Below, piece after piece: positions 9,882-17,561 of a stretch of 61,868 bases of DNA. Origin of the DNA: Candidatus Atribacteria bacterium (GTDB lineage Bacteria > Atribacterota > Atribacteria > Atribacterales > JASGLU01); assembly GCA_030156825.1 (NCBI GenBank), contig JASGLU010000002.1, forward strand, positions 1-61,868. The letters run 5' to 3'. Under the pieces are notes generated by a model, which saw nothing but the letters and a program-made list of their open reading frames with translations, was not told the origin of the DNA and did not search any database. Position 1 is the stretch's first letter, and every line of letters starts with the position of its first letter. A program made the translations under genes and the position numbers.

Positions 9882-10940
9882 ATGGAGCCAGAAGCGGTCC
9901 AATTTCTGAAGTTGCTTTTGGAGACACCCAGTCCATCTGGATTTGAGGAACAGGTCCAGGATTTATACTTAAACTGGATTAAAGCTCAAGTAAGCAAGTC
10001 TTATAAAGATGTCCACGGTAACGCTTTTGGAGTAGTGAACCCGGGAGGTAAAGTAAAAGTTATGCTTAGCGGTCACTGTGATGAAGTAGGATTAATGGTG
10101 AAGTATATAGATGACCAGGGCTATATTTACTTTTCCTCGGTTGGAGGAATTGATCCCCAAATTACCCAGGGAATGCGGGTTACCATTGTAGGGGCTTCCG
10201 GCTTAGTTCCAGGAGTGATAGGTAAAAAGCCGATTCATCTCCAAGAACAAGAAGAAAGAAACAAAGTAGTAAAATTGGATGGCCAGTGGATTGATATTGG
10301 TGCTTCTAACCGAGAACAAGCTTTAAAGATAGTTCAGGTAGGTGACCCGGTGGTGATTAATTTGGGCTTTCAAGAACTTTTAGAGCAGAGAGTGGCAGCG
10401 AGAGGCATAGATGATAGGATTGGCACTTTTGTCGTGGCTGAAGTGCTGAAAAAAGTGGATTCTGCTAAACTGCAGTGTGCAGTATTTGGAGTAAGTACCG
10501 TTCAGGAAGAATTAGGGCTAAGAGGTGCTAAAACCAGTGCTTTTGGTATTAAACCCCAGATAGGAATAGCGATTGACCTGACTTTTTCTGCCGATTGCCC
10601 GGAAGTAAATAAAAAAATGGTGGGAGATATTTCCCTGGGAAAAGGACCGGTTATTGCCCGAGGGCCAAATATTAACCCGTTGCTTTATCGGCGACTGGTG
10701 CAAGTTGCCGAAGAACACAATCTTCCTTACCAGGTTCAAGCTGAATCCCGGGCTACTGGAACTGATGCTAATGTTATCCAGATTACCCGGGAGGGGGTAG
10801 CCACTGGTTTGGTGAGCATTCCCAGTCGTTATATGCACTCCCCTTCGGAAATAATTGACCTGCAAGATGTAGAAAACGCTATTTCTCTTCTGGTCTTTTT
10901 CTTGGAAAGCCTCTCCCCAGAGGAAAGCTGGATACCTTGA
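9882..10940 (+). CDS. M42-family metallo-aminopeptidase (FrvX/CelM-like)
   Basis: SPSGFEE, LSGHCDEVGLMV, RGIDDRIG and SIPSRYMHSPSE motifs typical of the M42 family. Confidence 0.85.
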   Translation: MEPEAVQFLKLLLETPSPSGFEEQVQDLYLNWIKAQVSKSYKDVHGNAFGVVNPGGKVKVMLSGHCDEVGLMVKYIDDQGYIYFSSVGGIDPQITQGMRVTIVGASGLVPGVIGKKPIHLQEQEERNKVVKLDGQWIDIGASNREQALKIVQVGDPVVINLGFQELLEQRVAARGIDDRIGTFVVAEVLKKVDSAKLQCAVFGVSTVQEELGLRGAKTSAFGIKPQIGIAIDLTFSADCPEVNKKMVGDISLGKGPVIARGPNINPLLYRRLVQVAEEHNLPYQVQAESRATGTDANVIQITREGVATGLVSIPSRYMHSPSEIIDLQDVENAISLLVFFLESLSPEESWIP

Positions 10941-10968
10941 TAAAAATATCAATTCTCGGAAATATTTG

Positions 10969-11979
10969 ATGTCTGAATTACGCAAAGACCCCATCATGAA
11001 AAGATGGGTTATAGTTGCAAGTGAAAGAAGTTTAAAACCTTACGACTTCCCCTCTGAGGGGGAAGTAGCTACTTACCCCTGTGCTTTTTGCCCAGGACAG
11101 GAGCGGCTAACTCCGCCGGAAGTATTTAGTTTTAGAAAAGAAAATACCGGACCTGACCAACCGGGGTGGACGGTGAGAGTGATACCTAATAAGTTTCCAG
11201 CGGTACAAGCAAGTGATTTTTTTTACCATGCCGATTCTGGTCTTTTTGAAAAAATGGCGGGAGTTGGGGTGCACGAGGTAATAATAGAGACTCCCGAACA
11301 CTATTCTGATTTAGCCGATTTACCCGTTCAACATATTGAAAAAATACTCCATACTTTTTGTCAGAGAATGGAGGCTGCCGAAAAAGATCCAAAATTAAAG
11401 TACTGCCTTATATTTAAAAATCAGGGGAAAGAGGCAGGGGCGTCAATTCAACATCCTCATTCCCAGCTAATAGCTATTCCGGTGGTTCCCAAGCGAGTAG
11501 AAGAAGAGTTGGAAGGGGCCCGCGAATATTTTTATAGAAAGAAGAGTTGTGTTTTTTGCGATCTTATCCGGGAAGAGATGACGCGAGCAGAACGGGTAAT
11601 TTTAGTCAACAGTGACTTTTTAGTTTGTATTCCTTATGCTGCTCGCTTTCCTTACGAAATTTGGGTTTTACCTATCAGACATACTTCTTCCTTCTTAACT
11701 GTTTCTTTGGAAGAAATTCGATCTTTAAGCCTGGTCTTAAAAAAGACATTGCAAGCTATAAAGGTCGGACTGGACCGAGCACCATTCAATTTTATTCTAC
11801 ATGTAGCCCCTTTTTCTCGTTCGGGGGAAAACTATGAAACATACTATCACTGGCACATTGAGATTCTCCCCGCTTTGACCAAAATAGCCGGCTTTGAATG
11901 GGGTTCCGGTTTTTATATTAACCCGGTTATTCCGGAAGAAGCCGCGCAAAATTTAAAAAATTTTGTTCCAAAGGAGTGA
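10969..11979 (+). CDS. GalT-like HIT-superfamily nucleotidyltransferase. Either galactose-1-phosphate uridylyltransferase or ADP-glucose phosphorylase; the substrate is not resolved.
   Basis: MSELRKDPI...WVIVASERSLKP, a Zn-site-like CAFCPGQE and the HxHxQ active-site motif IQHPHSQLIA. Confidence 0.8.
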   Translation: MSELRKDPIMKRWVIVASERSLKPYDFPSEGEVATYPCAFCPGQERLTPPEVFSFRKENTGPDQPGWTVRVIPNKFPAVQASDFFYHADSGLFEKMAGVGVHEVIIETPEHYSDLADLPVQHIEKILHTFCQRMEAAEKDPKLKYCLIFKNQGKEAGASIQHPHSQLIAIPVVPKRVEEELEGAREYFYRKKSCVFCDLIREEMTRAERVILVNSDFLVCIPYAARFPYEIWVLPIRHTSSFLTVSLEEIRSLSLVLKKTLQAIKVGLDRAPFNFILHVAPFSRSGENYETYYHWHIEILPALTKIAGFEWGSGFYINPVIPEEAAQNLKNFVPKE

Positions 11980-11985
11980 GATTTC

Positions 11986-13239
11986 TTGCCTATTCGTTAT
12001 GCCATGATTTTGGCCGGGGGAAAGGGGGACCGGTTGAGTGTTTTGTCGACTGAACGAGCCAAAGCGGCAGTCCCGTTTGGAGGGTCTTACCGATTGATCG
12101 ATTTTCCCTTAAGCAATTGTGTGAATTCCGGTATCTTTGATGTAGGAGTTTTAACCCAATATCAACCTCGTTCTTTAATCGAACATATTGGAGTTGGCCG
12201 ACCCTGGGACTTAGATCGAAAAAGAGGAGGAGTGGAACTTCTCCAGCCTTATCTAAGTCGAAGCGTAGGGGGATGGTATCGAGGGACAGGTGATGCCTTG
12301 TATCAAAACCTGAACATAATTGCCCGCAAGAAAGTACCAAATCTTTTGGTTTTATCGGGAGACCACGCTTATCTTATGGATTACAATCCCCTATTTCACT
12401 ATCATATAGATAGAGGAGCGGATATCACTTTAGTAGTTACTAAAGTAAAATCGGAAGACGCTGCTCGTTTTGGGATTGTCCAAGTAGATGAAGATAATTG
12501 GATTACTGATTTTGAAGAAAAACCCGCTAACCCGAAGGGAGATATCGCTTTTATGGGAATCTATCTCTTTCGGACTGAATTTTTAGTGGAAAAGCTGGTT
12601 AAAAATTTTTTAGAGGACAAACACGATTTGGTTCGGAATGTAGTGATGGAAAGTATAAATCAAGTAAAAATGCAAGCTTTCTTTTATTCGGGAAGTTGGT
12701 GGGATGCCGGAACCATAAAAGCCTATTGGGAAGCGAATATGAATTTGTTAGAGCCTCTTCCGGCTTTTAACCTGTATGACCCTGGTTGGATGGTGTTTAC
12801 CAACCGATCTCATTATCCTCCCGCTCAGATGAGCGAGGGGACGAACATTACTTCCAGCATTGTGGGAGAAGGGGCAATTATAGAAGGAGAGGTGAAACAT
12901 TCGGTAATATTTCCCGGGGTCAAATTGAAAAAAGGGGCCCGAGTAGTAGACTCAATAATTTTTGACCATACCGAAATTAGGGAAGGGGCTTTGGTTAATT
13001 TCAGTATTTTGGATAAAAATGTAGAAGTGGGGGAGAAAGCGCAAATTGGAGTGGGAGACGATTTTACTGCCAACCAAAAACGACCTGAACTTTTAAATTG
13101 GGGAATCAACCTGATAGGCAAAGGAAGTCACATTCCTGATAATTTTGTGATAGAAAGGAACTGTTTAGTAGGAATAGGTATTCCCCGGGAGCAGTTTGCA
13201 GCGGTTTCCCACTTAAAAAGTGGGGAAACTATTTTGTAA
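11986..13239 (+). CDS. Second glucose-1-phosphate adenylyltransferase paralog (GlgC/GlgD-like)
   Basis: [36 protein letters not shown] and WYRGTGDA. Clearly paralogous to the gene at 4121-5404. Confidence 0.85.
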   Translation: MPIRYAMILAGGKGDRLSVLSTERAKAAVPFGGSYRLIDFPLSNCVNSGIFDVGVLTQYQPRSLIEHIGVGRPWDLDRKRGGVELLQPYLSRSVGGWYRGTGDALYQNLNIIARKKVPNLLVLSGDHAYLMDYNPLFHYHIDRGADITLVVTKVKSEDAARFGIVQVDEDNWITDFEEKPANPKGDIAFMGIYLFRTEFLVEKLVKNFLEDKHDLVRNVVMESINQVKMQAFFYSGSWWDAGTIKAYWEANMNLLEPLPAFNLYDPGWMVFTNRSHYPPAQMSEGTNITSSIVGEGAIIEGEVKHSVIFPGVKLKKGARVVDSIIFDHTEIREGALVNFSILDKNVEVGEKAQIGVGDDFTANQKRPELLNWGINLIGKGSHIPDNFVIERNCLVGIGIPREQFAAVSHLKSGETIL

Positions 13240-13357
13240 GCGCATACCCATAGTGAAGTAGCAAAAGCCTGCAAATAATAGATTAATTATTTGAAAATGT
13301 AGAGAGAACCTTTAATCAATGGTAAGATAAATAATATTAGAGAAAGGGGGGCTTAGT

Positions 13358-13606
13358 TTGCTCTTGGGACTTTTGCTGATAATTTTGGCTCTTTATGGAT
13401 TGTTACTTTTTTGGGCCTTAAACGAAAGGTTAAAGAGTAACTACCAGGTAATTAAGAAAGTTAAAGACCAGTTAAAAGAAATTGATGAAAAGTTAACTTT
13501 GGTTATTACTCTTTGGGGGGAAAACTCACAGGAAAGGGGGCAGGAGTCATCAGAAAATTTCAGCGAGCGTTTTAGTTTTGAGGCTTTTAAAGAGAATAAA
13601 GGATAA
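13358..13606 (+). CDS. Small hypothetical membrane-anchored protein
   Basis: An ORF with one N-terminal hydrophobic helix (LLGLLLIILALYGLLLFWAL) and a charged tail. No family recognised. Confidence 0.35.
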   Translation: MLLGLLLIILALYGLLLFWALNERLKSNYQVIKKVKDQLKEIDEKLTLVITLWGENSQERGQESSENFSERFSFEAFKENKG

Positions 13607-13631
13607 AACTTACAGAAAAGGAGTTGTAATC

Positions 13632-14537
13632 ATGAAAATTAAAAGCTTGAGTATAATCTTTTTAGTTGTTGGCTTAGTTTTTCTTACCTTCTTTCCGGCA
13701 GTAGGAGAGGAAGTAAATCCGGCAGAAAGCGTAGTAGCCGAAGTGAATGGAGAACCTATTTATTTGGAAGAACTGCAGGAAATTTGGGACTCGATACCTG
13801 ATAATTATCGAAGTCAATTTCCAGGGGGCATGAAAGATCTGCTGGAGCAAATGGTTCAACAAACTCTTTTAGTTCAGGAGGCTAAAAACCAGGGGATAGA
13901 GGATGACCCTGAAGTAAAGAAGAAAATCGAAAACCTGAAAGATCAAATTCTTATTCAAGAATTAATTATGCGGGAAATCGTAGACAAAGTTGAGGTAACC
14001 GAAGAAGAGGTGGAAAAAGAGTACACTTCAAACCCTAATCTATACACTGAGGCTGAGCAGGTAAAAGCCCGCCATATTATGGTTAGTACTAAAGAGAAAG
14101 CCGATCAAGTTTTAGAGCAACTCAGCTCTGGCCAACCTTTTGAGCAGGTAGCTCAGGAACAGTCAGAATCACCCGATGCCCAAACAGGGGGAGATATGGG
14201 ATACGTAAAAAAAGGAGACTTAGCGTCCGAGTTCGAAAAAGTTATTTTTGATTTGGCTCCTGGTAATTTTAGCGATGCGATAGAAACTGATTATGGTTAT
14301 CATATTTTTCTGGTAGAAGAACATCTGCAACCCAGATTGAAAGAATTGTCGGAGGTGGAAGAGGGTATAAAGGCTCGGCTTTTGCCCCGTAAACAACAGG
14401 AAACTTTAGAACAGCTAATCCAGGATTTAAAAAACCAGGCTGAGATTGTCATTTTTGAAGACCGCTTAACGCAAGCAGAATCTCCAGCAGAAGAGGAGGT
14501 AGCACCTCCTGCAGAGGAAACTGAGGTGGAGGAATAA
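13632..14537 (+). CDS. PpiC/parvulin-type peptidyl-prolyl isomerase (PrsA/SurA-like), membrane or signal anchored
   Basis: N-terminal hydrophobic segment and a parvulin core: ARHIMVSTKEKA...GGDMGYVKKGDL...YGYHIFLVEE. ATG 13632 follows AAAGGAG. Confidence 0.85.
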   Translation: MKIKSLSIIFLVVGLVFLTFFPAVGEEVNPAESVVAEVNGEPIYLEELQEIWDSIPDNYRSQFPGGMKDLLEQMVQQTLLVQEAKNQGIEDDPEVKKKIENLKDQILIQELIMREIVDKVEVTEEEVEKEYTSNPNLYTEAEQVKARHIMVSTKEKADQVLEQLSSGQPFEQVAQEQSESPDAQTGGDMGYVKKGDLASEFEKVIFDLAPGNFSDAIETDYGYHIFLVEEHLQPRLKELSEVEEGIKARLLPRKQQETLEQLIQDLKNQAEIVIFEDRLTQAESPAEEEVAPPAEETEVEE

Positions 14538-14538
14538 T

Positions 14539-15906
14539 ATGGAGGAGGTTCTGGCCGAATTAGTTAAACTCCCGCGAGCAGGAGAATATTTGGAAATCCG
14601 ATTAGAAAAAATCCGGTCTACCCGTATTACCCTTCAAAACTCAGTAGTAGAGAGAATACGCCAGGAAGAAGACCAAGGGGGTTACGTTCGGGTTTTAAAT
14701 CCTAAAACCAGTTGGTGGTTCCATACTTTTGGCGGCTGGGATAATTTACAAGGAAGAGTGGAAGAGGCCATACGGGCCTCTTCCACTCTTCCGGCAAGTG
14801 AAACTAACGTGACCCGGGGAGAATCTTATCGGGAAAAAATTGAAGTCGAGCTGGAGCAAGATTTTCGCCATCAATCCCTTGACCAGAAAATTGCTCTCCT
14901 GGCAGAGTATAGCCAGATTATGAGGGAGGTATCCGACCAAATAATCAACTACACGGTGGAATATCAGGATCGTTTCCAAGAGATATATTTAGCTAATACA
15001 GACGGTTCTATTGTATATCTGGAAAAACCGGATATTAGCTTGAGTTTTACCGCCGTGGCTAAGCAGGGAGACACCTTAGAGATATATAGAAATGGAGTTG
15101 CCGGTAAGGCAGGTTTTGAAAAAGTAAGGGGTCAGGAGCTATTAGCCCAGGAAGTAGCTAAAAAAGCGGTGCAACTTTTGTCCGCTCGCTCTATGAAAGG
15201 TGGAAAATATGACGTAATTTTAGATCCGGTTTTAGCTGGAGTGTTTATCCATGAAGCCTTTGGCCACCTAAGCGAATCCGATTTTCTTTATCGTAACCAA
15301 CCACTGCAATCGATTATGTCCTTAGGAAAACCAATAGCCTCACCGTTGCTTTCAGTCTTTGACAATGGAAACGAAGAGGGCTTACGAGGTAGCTCACCCT
15401 TTGATGATGAGTTGACGCCTACTCAAAAAACTTATCTAATAAAAAATGGGATATTATCTGGGAGATTGCATTCTCGGGAAACCTCCTTTTTGATGAGGGA
15501 AACTCCCACCGGTAATGCCCGGGCGATTAATTACCACTTTAGTCCAATTGTGCGAATGACCAATACCGGGATTGAGGCGGGGCAACAATCGAAGGAAGAA
15601 TTGTTGCAAGATATCGACCGGGGGCTGCTGGCGGTGGAATATTTAGGAGGAAATACTGCCCTTGAACTATTTACTTTTTCTCCATCTTATGGTTATTTAA
15701 TTGAGAAAGGGCAAGTAGGAGAAATGGTCAAAAATTTTGTGTTAAGTGGTAATCTATTTGATACCCTTGGGAAGATTGACGGGGTAGGGAATGATTTTCG
15801 TTGGACAGAGGTAGGTGGATGTGGTAAAGGATCCCAGATTGGTCTGGCTACTCCTACCGGGAGCCCTCATCTCCGATTAAGAGATGTATTGATAGGGGGA
15901 GATTAG
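14539..15906 (+). CDS. tldD: TldD-family metalloprotease
   Basis: HEAFGH zinc motif (FIHEAFGHLSE) and the length typical of TldD. Confidence 0.88.
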   Translation: MEEVLAELVKLPRAGEYLEIRLEKIRSTRITLQNSVVERIRQEEDQGGYVRVLNPKTSWWFHTFGGWDNLQGRVEEAIRASSTLPASETNVTRGESYREKIEVELEQDFRHQSLDQKIALLAEYSQIMREVSDQIINYTVEYQDRFQEIYLANTDGSIVYLEKPDISLSFTAVAKQGDTLEIYRNGVAGKAGFEKVRGQELLAQEVAKKAVQLLSARSMKGGKYDVILDPVLAGVFIHEAFGHLSESDFLYRNQPLQSIMSLGKPIASPLLSVFDNGNEEGLRGSSPFDDELTPTQKTYLIKNGILSGRLHSRETSFLMRETPTGNARAINYHFSPIVRMTNTGIEAGQQSKEELLQDIDRGLLAVEYLGGNTALELFTFSPSYGYLIEKGQVGEMVKNFVLSGNLFDTLGKIDGVGNDFRWTEVGGCGKGSQIGLATPTGSPHLRLRDVLIGGD

Positions 15907-15907
15907 G

Positions 15908-17224
15908 ATGTATGAGTTGGCTCGAGAGTTAAAATCTCGCAGCTTAGAAGGAGATGTTTTTACCAGAAAAATTAGGGCAAAAGAGGTAAGGTACCAGGCA
16001 GACCGGTTTGCTGGTTTTGAAATAAGAGAAAATGAGGGGTATGGTCTCAGAGTAATAAATCCCGAAGGGAAAATTGCCTTTTATGCTTCATCTTCTTTTG
16101 AAGAAAGCCCGCAAGCAGTTTTAGAAAGAACTCTGGCGGCAAGCCAATATGGTGATCGGGTAAAGTTTCATATTCCATCTTATCCTTCGTTGGTGGATTG
16201 GGAAAATTTGGTTGACCCTCGAGTGCAGAATATAAAAGAAACAGAAATGATTGAGTTGGGAGAGTATTTGATTTCTCGCATTAAGGAAGAATATCCGCAA
16301 CTGCTGGTCGATTTAACCGTAGCTGCTGGACTGGAAGAGAAAAGTTTATTTAATCATCACCAAGAGAAGCTATCCTATGCTCAAACTTTTTTCCAAGTGG
16401 GGGTTTCGGTTAACCAGACCAAGGAAGGAGATATTGTAGAAATTTTTTCCGAGAGAAATTGGGGAAATAGGGAATTGGACCTTGATCAGTTTTTGCAGGA
16501 CATACTGCTAAAAATCGAACTTTCCCAGAGAATTAGCGAAATCTCAAGTGGTCAATACCCGGTAGTTTTCACTCCTGAGGGCAGTATCACCCTTTTGTTG
16601 CCCCTTTTCTACGGTCTTAATGGGAAAAATATAGTTTTTGGTAGATCTCCTCTTGGGGAAAAGATGAACAAAGTTATTTTTTCTCCTCTTTTTTCTTTGT
16701 TGGAGCGACCGAAGGAAAAATGGGCTCTCGGCTCTTGCCCATTTGATGATGAAGGAGTGGTAACCGAACAAGAAAAACCGCTTATCGAGGCAGGCGGGTT
16801 GAAAAATTGTTGGTGGGACCTTTGGAGCGCTTCTCAAAAACAGGTTCCCCCTTCTGGTAACGGTTTTCGCTCTTCTTACCGAGATCTACCTCAACCTAAC
16901 TTTACTAATTTAGAAGTGAAAAACGGTTTGAGAGACCGGGAAACTTTGATTGAGGAGATAGAAGAAGGTTTGATAGTAGATAGTGTTTTAGGTTTAGGCC
17001 AAAGTAACATTGCTGCTGGCTATTTTTCCTGTAATATCCACCTGGGTTTTGTGGTAAGAAAAGGAGAAATCCAGGGAAGGGTGAAAAATGTTATGATAAG
17101 TGGTAACATTTACCAGGACCTAAAAAATGTAAAAGAGATTTCTCGGGATAACCGGTGGGTAGGAGGAAGAATGCTTTTACCCTATCTTTTGGTTGACCCT
17201 ATTCAAGTAGAAGCCAAGAACTGA
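15908..17224 (+). CDS. pmbA: PmbA/TldE-family protease partner
   Basis: PmbA_TldD-family translation lacking the HExxH motif. It lies immediately downstream of tldD. Confidence 0.85.
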   Translation: MYELARELKSRSLEGDVFTRKIRAKEVRYQADRFAGFEIRENEGYGLRVINPEGKIAFYASSSFEESPQAVLERTLAASQYGDRVKFHIPSYPSLVDWENLVDPRVQNIKETEMIELGEYLISRIKEEYPQLLVDLTVAAGLEEKSLFNHHQEKLSYAQTFFQVGVSVNQTKEGDIVEIFSERNWGNRELDLDQFLQDILLKIELSQRISEISSGQYPVVFTPEGSITLLLPLFYGLNGKNIVFGRSPLGEKMNKVIFSPLFSLLERPKEKWALGSCPFDDEGVVTEQEKPLIEAGGLKNCWWDLWSASQKQVPPSGNGFRSSYRDLPQPNFTNLEVKNGLRDRETLIEEIEEGLIVDSVLGLGQSNIAAGYFSCNIHLGFVVRKGEIQGRVKNVMISGNIYQDLKNVKEISRDNRWVGGRMLLPYLLVDPIQVEAKN

Positions 17225-17257
17225 GGTTGACTTTAAGCTATAATATTTCGGGCTGGA

Positions 17258-17375
17258 GATAGACCCCCATGTTGCTCGCAGCACCAGGTGACAACGAAAA
17301 AGGAATTCAATATAATAAATTTTAGAGAAACAATAATGGTCTATCCTTTCAGTTTTTCGTTTTTTTTAAGTCTTT
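17258..17375 (+). repeat. Conserved non-coding core of the repeat element, copy 1. It may be a structured RNA or a MITE-like unit.
   Basis: Near-identical to the reverse complement of about 33325-33428. GATAGACC (17258-17265) is complementary to GGTCTATC (17338-17345). The hairpin TGCT-CGC-AGCA (17273-17283) is replaced by GCCCC-TTC-GGGGC in copy 2. Confidence 0.8.
17288..17316 (+). promoter_or_regulatory. Sigma70-like promoter motif inside the repeat core (GTGACA-N17-TATAAT)
   Basis: -35 GTGACA at 17288-17293, a 17-nt spacer and a perfect TATAAT at 17311-17316. Copy 2 has the same geometry (ATAACA-N17-TATAAT, minus strand, 33397-33369). Confidence 0.45.
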
Positions 17376-17384
17376 TGCTTTTTT

Positions 17385-17514
17385 CGGGGGTTATTAGGGG
17401 GTATTTTCCCCCTAATACTGAGGAAGTGTTTCCCTTCCTCAGTTAGTATTTTATGTTTTTTTAGTTTTTGTGTTTTTTTGGGGGTTGATAAGGGGGTTTA
17501 CCCCCTTATTGCCG
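17385..17514 (+). repeat. Hairpin-module array following core copy 1
   Basis: H1: TATTAGGGGG/CCCCCTAATA, 10 bp (17392-17417). H2: CTGAGGAAG/CTTCCTCAG, 9 bp (17418-17442), followed by a T-rich tract. Terminal module ATAAGGGGG-TTTA-CCCCCTTAT then TGCCG (17488-17514). Confidence 0.8.
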
Positions 17515-17561
17515 TTTATAGGATAAAATCGCTAATTTGAGTAGGAAGGTGAAAGATATAT

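Noticed and set aside
17285-17302. A hammerhead-like CTGA.GA...GAAA core in the sequence CCAGGTGACAACGAAAAAGG.
   Set aside because: It does not match CUGAUGA, and copy 2 reads CCAGATAACAATGAAAAC. No three-stem junction can be drawn.
17269-17325. An 18-codon ORF (MLLAAPGDNEKGIQYNKF*) inside repeat core copy 1.
   Set aside because: In copy 2 the equivalent ATG frame stops after 7 codons, because the hairpin segment differs in length and sequence. The ORF is therefore not conserved as coding.
17225-17561. A T-box leader upstream of ileS.
   Set aside because: I found no T-box consensus (AATTAGGGTGGTACCGCG-like) and no specifier-loop architecture. Most of this region recurs downstream of vapC, which is unrelated to any aminoacyl-tRNA synthetase.
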